The position numbers were made by a program, and so were the translations under genes. From Pseudogymnoascus verrucosus (lineage: Eukaryota), in the NCBI GenBank assembly GCA_001662655.1, contig KV460206.1: a DNA stretch of 64,000 nt. One strand, written 5' to 3'. This document shows positions 1 through 10,070 of this stretch, one piece after another. The first letter of the stretch is position 1. The number at the start of each line of letters is the position of its first letter. The notes beneath the pieces are model-generated. The model was not told the DNA's origin, did no database searches, and saw nothing but the letters and a program-made list of their open reading frames with translations.

Positions 1-367
1 TTGAGGGACTCAGCTTGCTTCTTCTCCTCGTCGGTTGGGGCTGCTGCGGTGGGCGCAGGGGCGGCTGCCGAAGCGGCGGAGGAGGCGGCGGTCTTGGAGC
101 GCAGGTTCTCGTAGACGCTGTATACCTGGAGGAGCGACTGGGACTCGGTCGATGGGCCGGAGGGCGTCACGTTGAAAGCCTCGGAGATGCAGTTGGTGGC
201 GATCTCGATGGACTCGGCATCGTCGGCGGTGAGGGTGCCGTCCTTGAGGGAGGTGTTGAGGAAGTCAATGATGGACAGCGCGAGGCGCTGCTTGGTGGTT
301 TGAGTCGCCTGGATCACGGTTAGAGGGGTATGCTGAACTGTACGTGAGGATTGGGTGAACTCACCAT
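1..367 (-). CDS. SGT2: Small glutamine-rich TPR co-chaperone Sgt2 (5' part; runs off the window start)
   Basis: ATG at 367-365, GT..AG intron 364-309, then ATQTTKQRLALSIIDFLNTSLKDGTLTADDAESIEIATNCISEAF...DEEKKQAESL. This matches the Sgt2/SGTA dimerisation domain leading into the TPR. Not in the ORF track. Confidence 0.9.
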
Positions 368-999
368 TTTTGCGACGAGTAGAGATGCAAGTTTGTAGGT
401 TGTTGAGTTGGGTGGGGGTGAGGTGGGAGAAGGCGATGGATGCAGCTGGTTCTTTATGAACGTGTGCGCTAGGGAATTTGGGTTTGGCGGGGCAAGGCTA
501 TCGTGGCGTTGGGTGCCTTTTTGGAATTTATCAAACGTGGTATCTTAGCGCCAAGCGACGAAACCAAAGCGTATGAGAAGACTATAATATGGGCTAAATG
601 AAGCTAAATGAAGTTAAATAGGATTCATATTTTGGTTCTGGGGTGAGTCTGTTTAATTCAATGATGCCAGATCAATATTATCGAGCCTTTCTTTTAAAAA
701 TGATTGATTTGCGACGTAGTATTAAATACCCCGCACAGTCGCATCATAATATAACGTCGCACAATCCACGAGATGAGCACACATCTTGATTTCTTAAGTT
801 CATTGCCTTGAATCTATGGCATACGTTTTGAATTATGGCTGCTTATCCCGTATATTCTACGGAATACCCTCATTCCATGCGAGTGATTGGGTTCATTTCC
901 GCTGACGCAACCCAAGCCAAGCCAGCCTCAGCTATACAAAAGACATAGCGTCAAAAAGCATGAAACCACGACAGATCTTCTTTATTAAGATATGTAGAT

Positions 1000-2502
1000 T
1001 TAGCTCTTTGCAGCTCCAGCCTTGATCAGAAGGATGTCACCATCGTTAACCACGTAGTCCTTGCCCTTGGTCTGAATCTGTCCCTTCGCCTTAATCTCAG
1101 CTTCGCTACCGAGCTCCTTGAGCTTCTCAAAGTTGTAGACGATGGCCTGGATGAAAGTCTTCTCGAAATCACCGTGGATGACACCAGCCGCCTGGGGTGC
1201 CTTGGTGCCGTTGCGGATAGTCCACTGGCGGACCTCATCGGTTCCGGTGGTGAAGAAGCTGCCAAGGTTCAGGACCTTGCGCATAGTGACGACGATCTTG
1301 GGGAGGGCGGACTCGACGCCGAGGGACTTCAGCTCAGCCTGGACCTCCTCCTCGGTCTCGAAGCGGGTCAGACGCTCCTCGAGGCAGACGGACAGGGGTA
1401 GAATTGGGTCTCCAGCGGCGTGCTCCTTCAGCCACTCTGCGATCTTGCCGAGATGCTTGTTCTTCTTGCGGATGTAATCCTTCTCGCTGAGGTTGACCAA
1501 GTACACGACGGGCTTGGCGCTGAGCAGGAACAGAGGGTTGATGTGCTCGACCTGTATTATTGGTCAGTATCCAAGACGCCAATGTATTATCATATAATAT
1601 TGAAGATGTTGTAATCAGAACATGTTTCTTATCTCATAGTGCACGTTGTGCCTCGACGAGCTGGGTTATATATCTGGTCTCTTGACCATTTGTCATCATA
1701 TAAGGGGGGGAAGATGAAAACCGATTTACATACCTCCTTTGGTGTCCAGGTGCCCTTGCGGACATCCTTGCCATCCTTCAGCATGGCGAGGACCTTCTCA
1801 ATAGTAGCCTCCTCCTCCTTGAGCTTCTTGACCTCAAGACTCTGGCCACCGCGGCGGGTAAGCTTCTTCATGGCCTCGAGCGCCTTCTCGGTGAACTCGA
1901 TATCCTTGATGCGCAGCTCCTCGCTGATAATGTCCAAATCTCTGCAGGGGTTGACATCGCCCTCGACGTGAATAATCTCGGCATCATCGAAGCAGCGAAC
2001 GACCTGGAAGATGGCATCGACAGCACGGATATGCGACAAGAATGCGTTTCCGAGTCCGGCACCGGTGGAAGCACCACGGGTCAGACCAGCAATATCGTAG
2101 ACTGTCAGGTTGGCTGGCACGCGGGACTTGGGGTTGTATTTCTCGCAGAGCCAGTCGTAACGCTCATCGGGCACAATGACGCGCGCCTCCTCGGGGTCGA
2201 TGGTGGCATATGGGAAGTTCTATCTCTTATTAGCAAGAGCAATGTGAGGGACAGGTGTGAGGTCAACATACGGCGGGGTTTCCGAGCGAGCACTTGGTGA
2301 TAGCTTGGAAGAGCGTGGACTTTCCGACGTTGGCAAGGCCGACCTGAGATTTTCGTCAACGACGTTACTTTTTATGATTTGATCATCGCGATGGCTGGCT
2401 GGTGATGGTGGCAGTGGTCGAACATACGATTCCGCTCTTCAAGCTGTTGCCAGGTCGGCCCAAGAGGACCTTCTCCTCCACTGCGGCCTTCTTTGGTGGC
2501 AT
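1000..2502 (-). CDS. OLA1: Obg-like ATPase Ola1/YchF, multi-exon
   Basis: [35 protein letters not shown] (P-loop), [34 protein letters not shown]-terminal TGS region [14 protein letters not shown]...[10 protein letters not shown]. Introns include 1733-1552. Confidence 0.96.
1612..1702 (-). ncRNA. Intronic box C/D snoRNA, snR69-like (predicted guide for the LSU rRNA C in GAGCUGGGUU)
   Basis: Inside the 182-nt OLA1 intron: box C ATGATGA (1699-1693), 10-nt antisense AACCCAGCTC (1667-1658), D'-like TCGA (1656-1653), C'-like ATGAGA (1637-1632), box D CTGA (1618-1615). Ends approximate. Confidence 0.8.
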
Positions 2503-2915
2503 CTTACGACTTTTTGCGTAAGTTCTGGATTGAGTAGTGTAAACCGTGCAGCTAAGCAGGTTCGTGTGTACGATTGCAGTTCTTGCTGCAGATCGAGTAA
2601 AAAGGTGAAATATAGAAGAAGAAGCGATGCGCAAAGCACCGGGGGAAGTAGTGTGTGGTGTTATGGTGGCGGTTGGAGGGGCTAACTGGGGGGAGAGAAG
2701 GAGGGGGGGGGGGGTAGTGGGAAGGAGGGGTTTTGTGACGAGTGGTAGGTGGGATAGTGCAGTGCTTGGTGGTGCTTCTTCCCACACTGGCAAAAAGCTG
2801 CACCGCAGAAGCTTTTTCGTGTGTGGGAACAACAGATTTGGGAACAGCCTCACACCAGCAAATCAGAGCTCAGCTTGACAGAAGTACGTACTCCAGTTAG
2901 CACTCCAGTAGCACT

Positions 2916-3031
2916 CCAGTAGCGTCGTTGTCCGGATTAATCTTGGTTCTTCGGATCATAGTTGATGCGATACCGGCCAGTAGCATCGCTCTCCGGATTA
3001 ATCTTGGTCTCTCGGATCATAGTTGATACGA
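2916..3031. repeat. Imperfect tandem duplication, 61-bp period, in the OLA1/PPPDE divergent promoter
   Basis: ccagtagcgtcgttgtccggattaatcttggttcttcggatcatagttgatgcga (from 2916) versus ccagtagcatcgctctccggattaatcttggtctctcggatcatagttgatacga (from 2977); preceded by short ctccagtagca repeats. Confidence 0.9.
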
Positions 3032-3298
3032 CCCGATCGTCCTAGATCTTCCTGTCAAGGTTGTACGCAAGGTGGAGTGAGTTACGCCGATAAGCCCAAG
3101 CACAGTCTGAGACACCTACAGCACCCTCCATACCTCACTACCCTTCATCACTTCCAAGCTCCTACATTCCTCAAAACCCTAGAAACGGATACATACCACA
3201 CCTTGAACCGATTCTGGGCATCATCTTCTCAATTCTAATAGTTGTCTTTCCCCACATCTCACCACCATTTCCCGCATTCTGCAGCTTAACCCGCCACC

Positions 3299-4136
3299 AT
3301 GCCGCCCAACAAACCCTCCAAAGGGCGTCATTCGGGTTCGAGACATCGACACACTTTATCGCTGCAAAAGACCGAAGTCATGATCAATGTCTATGATCTG
3401 CTACCTGTATGTTATCCTGCAGCCCTATTTCACATTTGTTTGGTGAAAGTGATCTCTATGGCACGACGCTGACGACTGTACTATGTAGCCTGGCAAGTTC
3501 TCGACAGTTTTGTGGGCAATCGGCTCCTCGCTCCTCCACTCTGGCGTCGTCATCAACGGAAAGGAATACGCATACGGTGGGCACGATAAGCGCGGCATGA
3601 CGGGCGTATACTGGACAAGACCGCAGTCTGAGCCACCGGGAGGCACGTTCAAGTGCGAGGTCCTCCAAGGTTTCACCTTGGCACCAGCAGAGGAGATAGA
3701 AGCCATCATCAAGGCAGCTTCCGAGGAGTTTCAAGGAACCTCATACAATATCCTCACACGAAACTGCAACCACTTCACATCATACCTGTGTGAGAAGCTT
3801 ACCGGGAGACCTGGGCCCGGGTGGCTCAACCGGGCAGCTAGCATTGGTATCGCTTTGCCGTGTGTCGTACCGAAAGAATGGATCGCTCCTCCAGATTACG
3901 ACACTGCAGATGGAGAATTGGTTGATGGAGAAGAGGATGATGCAAATGAAAGCTCAAGAATGCTTCCTACGCGGCAATACCGTCGTAGCTTTAGCGACGA
4001 GACAGACGAAGACGAGTATGAGCACGACAGAGAAAGAAGGAACGGTGCGAAGGGGAAGGGAAAAGCTCCCATTAGGGATACATCTGGGCGAGTGGTGCCA
4101 CCAGCAGAACGGGCTCCATTACCACGAGGTATCTGA
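3299..4136 (+). CDS. PPPDE/DeSI family thiol peptidase (deSUMOylase/deubiquitinase-like)
   Basis: ATG 3299 in gccaccATG context, intron 3407-3488. Motifs INVYDL, HSGVVINGKEYAYGGH and YNILTRNCNHF (His/Cys dyad). Confidence 0.92.
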
Positions 4137-4392
4137 TCTACTTTCCTCACGACCTATATGCAACCACGACATTCTTTTAGCAAGGGAGGCGGGCGGACGG
4201 CGTTTATGAGATTTTGATACCCAAGGGTTCTTCCGTTTCTAGTAAAAAGTTACATATTTATAAAATACAGCGTGAACTCTGCCATGTGATGAGCCAACCG
4301 CATCCCCGTGTCTCCAGCCAGCACTCTAATACAACATCCATGGCCATGCCATTTCTCGTATCACCCAATCCAAGCCTCGTAGCATCCCCAGC

Positions 4393-5124
4393 CTACAATC
4401 TCTTGGGCCTTGGACTTCTCGTACCACCGAACTTCAGCCTCGTAGCATCTGTAACTCTCACAATCTTGTTTCTGAATGGCATTCCCTCCACTCCCAAAAT
4501 CGCCTTCGTGACCGCCTCTCTCCCCTGTCCAAACCCTCTCAGAATAACCTCCAACTTCTTAATCTGAGGCAACAACCCCGTATCCCTCATCCGCCCGAAC
4601 ACATAACTCGCCAACTGGAACGCAGTATCGTAGTGCTTCCTCTGCGAGTGCTTGAACCCAATGTTCCCTGCCGACATCGAGATGATCGGGTCGCGGTTGG
4701 GCCTCGTCACCGTAATGTGCGTGTTGTGCTTCGTGGCGAACACGTGCAAGTGGTGCGGCTCCTCGTAGCGCTGCTGTGCGCTCATGTTGTTATATGCTGA
4801 CAGTCCGGCTGGGCTGGGGAATCGCGAGCTCGACTTCGAGGCCTGTCCTTCTTCGAAGATGGCGGAGAGGTCGCTGAGGGCGGGGCGTTTGGCAGGGCTG
4901 GGGGCACTGGAGGATGACTTGTCGGATGAGAGGCTGAAGGTCGAGTCTGCTTTAAAGGGAGCTGATTTCGGGGGTTCTTGGTCACCCTCTGCTCGGCGTC
5001 GGGGGGCCTGTGAAAATTGCTGTCGCTGCAGGCATTGGAATCCGGACCTGGCGATGGCGGGAGCCTCTGCCCTTCCAGAGAGCGCCGTAAGGGCCACCAC
5101 ACGTCTGACTGCCGTCCTACTCAT
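4393..5124 (-). CDS. Mitochondrial ribosomal protein uS11m (yeast Mrps18-like)
   Basis: Arg-rich presequence-like N-terminus. S11 motifs HNTHITVT, SAGNIGFK, LRGFGQGR, DATRLKFGGTRSPRPKRL. Confidence 0.92.
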   Translation of the reverse strand: MSRTAVRRVVALTALSGRAEAPAIARSGFQCLQRQQFSQAPRRRAEGDQEPPKSAPFKADSTFSLSSDKSSSSAPSPAKRPALSDLSAIFEEGQASKSSSRFPSPAGLSAYNNMSAQQRYEEPHHLHVFATKHNTHITVTRPNRDPIISMSAGNIGFKHSQRKHYDTAFQLASYVFGRMRDTGLLPQIKKLEVILRGFGQGREAVTKAILGVEGMPFRNKIVRVTDATRLKFGGTRSPRPKRL

Positions 5125-5433
5125 TGTGCTTTGTTGTTGACTGCGATGTGGAATGTCTCGTGAGGAGGGACTTGATCAATAAACTTACATCGCATGTACA
5201 GTTCCGTTAGCGCCGAGCCGGCAAGTCCCGTCGCCCTTAGATTTTTGTCAATTTGGTAGTCGGGGAAAATATATCGGAGCGCCGCCACAGGCACAACATC
5301 GACAACCGAGTTGCCCCCCAATCCTCTCTTTACCCCAGCGACTCTTGTCCTGTATCGGCACTGCCTTGTATTTGTGGGCATCTATCATATCTAGCGACTT
5401 TTTTGCCTGCGAAAGGGAACATAAAAGGGCGAC

Positions 5434-7102
5434 ATGAACGGTTTACGGCTGTCGGCAAGAGCGCCGCTGAGCGCTCCCTTAAGGGCTGCGACTACGGCAA
5501 GACCTGTGAACACACGAATCGCGGCATATACGCAGACTATCAGCCAGGCGCAGATTGCCGGTCTTCACTCTACTTCTACATCTTCTCTACGTGTTGGATT
5601 ATTACCACTCAGGTCCCAATTCCTACCCGAATCCTTTCTAGCCGACCAAACCTCCCCCGGATCTAGGCGAACTCTCCATCAGTCGGCATCGCTGAGACAG
5701 GAGAAGAGCAAGGACGCGGCGAAGGAGGCCCCTAAGGAGGAATCTGCCACCCAGGAGACTGCCGAGGAAGCCGCCAAGAAGGCCAGCGAAAACCCCGAGC
5801 AAGCTGGAGAGGAGAAGCCGAAGGACGAGGAGAAGTCCGAGGGCGATAAAGAAGAGAAGAAGGAAGCCCCACCGCCTCCTCCACCTCACGGAGAGAAGTC
5901 GCCATGGCAGGTGTTCACCGAGACACTGCAGTCCGAGTTCAAATCCTCCAAGGAGTGGAACGAGGGAACCAAGGCCCTGTCGGATTCCGCCCATCAATTC
6001 ACGGAGAGCGAATCAGTAAAGCGTGCGCGTCAAGCATACGAGGCCAGCACAAGCAGAGTCTCGTCTACCGGCGCGAAGGTGTTGAAGACAACTGCTGGTG
6101 CCGTGGGTAAAGGAGCTGCGTGGACCTGGGACACACATGTGGTGAAGGGTGTTCGGTCGACGGTCAACGCCACCGGAGACGTGCTTGAGAAGTCAACCCG
6201 GCCGCTTCGCGAGACTGAGGCATACAAGAACGTGAAGAATGTCATCGATGATGGTAGCAGCTCAAGATATGGTGGATGGGTTGAGAAAGAGGAGAGGAGG
6301 AAGGCGAGAGAGGCCAGAGAGCTTGCCGAAAATGGCGGCGTTCCAGGTCCTCGGGAGGTCGCCAAGGAGGATCCAAAGTACGACCATACCCTAACATACT
6401 AGAAACTTGATGCTAACAATTTGTAGTGCCGGAACCAATGTCACTCTCCACAAGGATGCAGCCTGGAAAGAGTCGTGGCGCGAATTCCGCGACTCAAACA
6501 AGGTCATGCAGGGTCTCTTCTCGATGAAATCTGCCTACAACGAATCCGAAAACCCCCTCGTATCGACTGCGCGATCGATTTCTGACCGCATTGCCGGCTT
6601 CTTCGCCGAGAACGAGACGGCAATGGTTATCAAGAAGTTCCGCGAGATGGACCCGGGTTTCCAGCTCGAGCCATTCCTCCGTGAGATGCGCGAGTATATT
6701 CTCCCTGAAGTTCTCGACGCATACGTCAAGGGCGACACCGAGACCCTTAGACTGTGGCTCAGCGCAGCACAGTTCTCGGTTTACGACGCGCTATCGAAGC
6801 AGTACACCACTGCTGGCCTGAAGTCTGACGGAAGAATCCTTGATATCAGGCACGTTGACATTATGTCCGCGAGAATGCTGGAGCCCGGAGATGTCCCCGT
6901 CTTCATCGTCACTTGCAGGACACAGGAGGTCCACGTTTACCGCAATGCCAAGTCCAACGAACTCGCTGCCGGAATGGAGGATAAGGTCCAGTTGGTCACC
7001 TACGCCATCGGCGTGACCCGCATCCCAGAGGAGGTCAACAACCCCGAGACCCGCGGCTGGAGGCTCATCGAGCTGCAGAAGAGCGGACGCGACTACATAT
7101 GA
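5434..7102 (+). CDS. TIM44: Mitochondrial import inner membrane translocase subunit Tim44
   Basis: Presequence-like N-terminus, SPWQVFTETLQSEF, intron 6378-6426, C-terminal Tim44 domain (DPGFQLEPFLREMREYILPEVLDAYVKGD...CRTQEVHVYRN). Confidence 0.95.
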
Positions 7103-7624
7103 GGAGCTCGATCCTCATTGATTTTCTTTTCGAGTACTAAAAACGGGCCCTTTTTTGTCGGCATTCTTTGCATAGCGATTTCCTTTGTGGCTACGGGGAT
7201 CGATCTAGGTTTCGCGGCTATGGAAAATGCGTATTTCAGCAGGGGCAGCCGAAATGTACTGTAATTGTAAGGCACGTTTTGTATGTATATAGCATGTGTG
7301 GAGGTGGGAGTTCGTTGCGCCCCAGCGATGGCGCTTTGGTCCGAGGGGTCTGCTTTGGTTTACTGGACTCGGCGGTCTGGCTCTCCCCACTCTTTGATCG
7401 AAGTCATGGCGGCATGTCTTTAGATGTACGATTGTATTTATAGGTGTGGTGTTTTCAGGTGGTGGTTGGCGAGGGAGAGGGGTGAAGGGCGCTCATATGG
7501 GCGGTTTAAAAAATCTAGCCCGGAATGTACAACAAAATAGAAGCATAATCTACATGTACAAGCCATATCCATTTCATTCTGCTTCATTGTTGTCATTTAT
7601 ATGCTCTCATCTATATGCCCCCAT

Positions 7625-8936
7625 CTAAAGCCGCGTAATCCCCTTAACCCGATCCAAAAAGTCAATCACCTCGATCATATCCCGACACTCCATCAGCTCC
7701 CCTCTCTCCTCCTTCCCCAGCAACGCCGGCTTACCCCCTCCCGCACTACCCGTCATCTGACTCAAATGATGCACCACAAGCTTAAACGGAATCGGCGCCC
7801 TCACGACACGATTCATAAAGTGCTCAACCGCTTCCCACGGACAGGTATCGTGCCCCGCGAACAGGGCCGGGTTGGCCAGGATATCGCGCGCCGACATGAC
7901 GCCGTCCACGCCTGTTTCAGCGACGATGGAAGATGCGATTACGAGGGTTGAGACGTCGCCGTTGGCGATGAGGGGAACGGTGACGTGGGGTCGGAGGAGG
8001 GTGAGGGCTTCGGTGTTGACAGGCTCGGAGGAGCGTTGAGCTTTGGTGCGGCCGTGGATAGTGAGGAAGTCGACGCCAGCGTCTTGGACGGTTTTGATGA
8101 AGTCTATTGTTTGGCTGGTTTTGTTAGTCCTTCTTCCCTCTTTGTGGGGTATTTGGGCTGTCAGGGGGGAGTACCGTAGGTCTTTGTGTATCCTGATCTT
8201 GACACTAACTGTCCTCCGCCCTTCATACCCATCACTCTTCAGCGTCGCCTTGGCCTCTTTGACGATATCAGCAACGAGCTCACGCTTGTTCATCAGCGCG
8301 GCACCCAGACATTCCGCGCATGCCCAGGACTGGGGACAGCCGCAGTTGAGATCCACTCCTGAGACGAAGGGTGCCATGGTGCTTGTTGCGCGCGCGAACT
8401 CGAGGGGAGAGTTGGCGCCGAATTGGAGGATCGTTGGGACTGATGTCGGAGAAGGGGGGAGTGTGAAGTCTTGTAAATGGTTAGGATCTGTGACAGGGAA
8501 AGGAGGTCAGGAGGCCGTCCATACCACTGTCTCGTGCGAAGACGCTTCTGTTGAACTCTTTTGCCAGGATCTGCGGAAAGAACGTAAGTGATGGTTCTTG
8601 CTAATAGCCCATGACAGAATAGAGCATACCATCGGTGTCCAGCACAGGTCGACGCCATACTTATGCACTGTCTGGCGAAAAGCAAGCTATCCAGTTCATC
8701 AGCCACCGTCCAGAAACCCAACGTCCAATCCTGCCTACCTTGCTATACCTCACCATAGGCGCCGAGGTATACAGTGGTCTTCCCTGCTCTCTAGCAATAT
8801 CGAACAGCTTCAAGGGACTGAACAATGATTAGCAACTGCAGGCCAGGGGAGTAAAAGGGGGCGGCAAGTACTTCACGTGATCCAAAGGAGGAAGACCAAC
8901 TTTCACATCCGAGTCACCAACATAGTTTCCGGCCAT
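7625..8936 (-). CDS. DUS4: tRNA-dihydrouridine synthase, Dus4-like
   Basis: Spliced APMVRYSKLAFR, TPMILAKEF, DLNCGCPQ, VSVKIRIH, TIHGRT, IANGD. Five introns read by eye: 8871-8818, 8738-8687, 8629-8571, 8524-8470, 8174-8115. Confidence 0.88.
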
Positions 8937-9152
8937 CTCAAGAGGTAAACGGGAGTATGGTGTGTATTAAGAGCCAAGAGGCGCCCGGGGTTGTCCTCCA
9001 TGCATCTGCTCACAGGAGCCAAGTTGCGTATGAGGAGGTTGTTGCGAATCCAACACAAGGATTTTACAAATCCTCAATTTCGTGTTTTCGATTGGAGAGG
9101 CGGGGTGTAGTGGGGTATAGTACATTATAGTTCGGAAATCGTACAACTATCT

Positions 9153-9248
9153 GGCCCTGTGGCGAAAAGGTACCGCGTTGCCCTCCGACTAACGTGACCT
9201 CACGTTTATGAAAGGCAGAGATTGTGGGTTCGATCCCCATCAGGGTCG
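9153..9248 (+). tRNA. tRNA-Arg(CCG) with a 24-nt intron (9189-9212)
   Basis: Acceptor stem GGCCCTG/CAGGGTC, D arm with GG, anticodon stem TTGCC/GGCAG with CT-CCG-A loop, T arm GTGGG-TTCGATC-CCCAT, followed by a T6 Pol III terminator at 9251-9256. Confidence 0.92.
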
Positions 9249-10070
9249 AATTTTTTGTTTTGCGTCGTAAGTCTTCTGGATACTGGAATGGAGTTCTACC
9301 TTTTTGCAATGTTGGATATCTATTACGACGAACGATGTGTTGTTTTTTGTCAAGTGGAAGCCCGCGATATTCAGTGCGTGGGGTGAAATTGTACAGACGA
9401 CTACCCCTGAATGTGGTCGAGTACCCGACATTTAGAACTGAACGAACATCACTTTCCTTGTACGATCTACTATTTAATTTGATAATTTGCTGCTCTGCAG
9501 ACATTACCTGTACTAAGTTTAATTGCGTCGTTGAAGTAAGATCTCACTATCTTGCTTTCCCCCGCGCCTAAGTGAACGATCCCAGCATTATATAAAGGAC
9601 AGTTCGCAGCGTACATATGAGAATGTGCAAGGGAGAGACGCACAGTATTGGTGGTGAGAATAAGGGTTCAGCACCGACAGCAACACAGCAACGACAGCAA
9701 TAATGAAGCGGTAGCAAGACATACAAATAGTGGTAAGATGCAACATACTCACTTCAAACGGTAACCAAGATGTAGTCTGTTCATTTTATGTCGCCGCATG
9801 GTTTGGTTAGGTGGTAGGCAGACACATCTTTTGGTCTGGTCTGAGACTTCCACTACTCGATTCCAGGCAAATCATGAAAACACAGCGTATTCAAAAAAGG
9901 GTATACTCTCCACGACTAAGAGTGTAGTTTTATCGGTTGCCCGTTGCAAATTCAGTTCAAGTAACTAACTACAGAACAGAAATTCACATAAGTGTTTCAA
10001 AGCAACCCATCTCCTACCCCCCTTCTCCCCACCCTATCATCCCCATCTATCCACCTCATCCTCAACTCAT

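Noticed and set aside
7625..7640. DUS4 C-terminus -TRL as a peroxisomal PTS1
   Set aside because: Non-canonical tripeptide and no biological rationale; likely chance.
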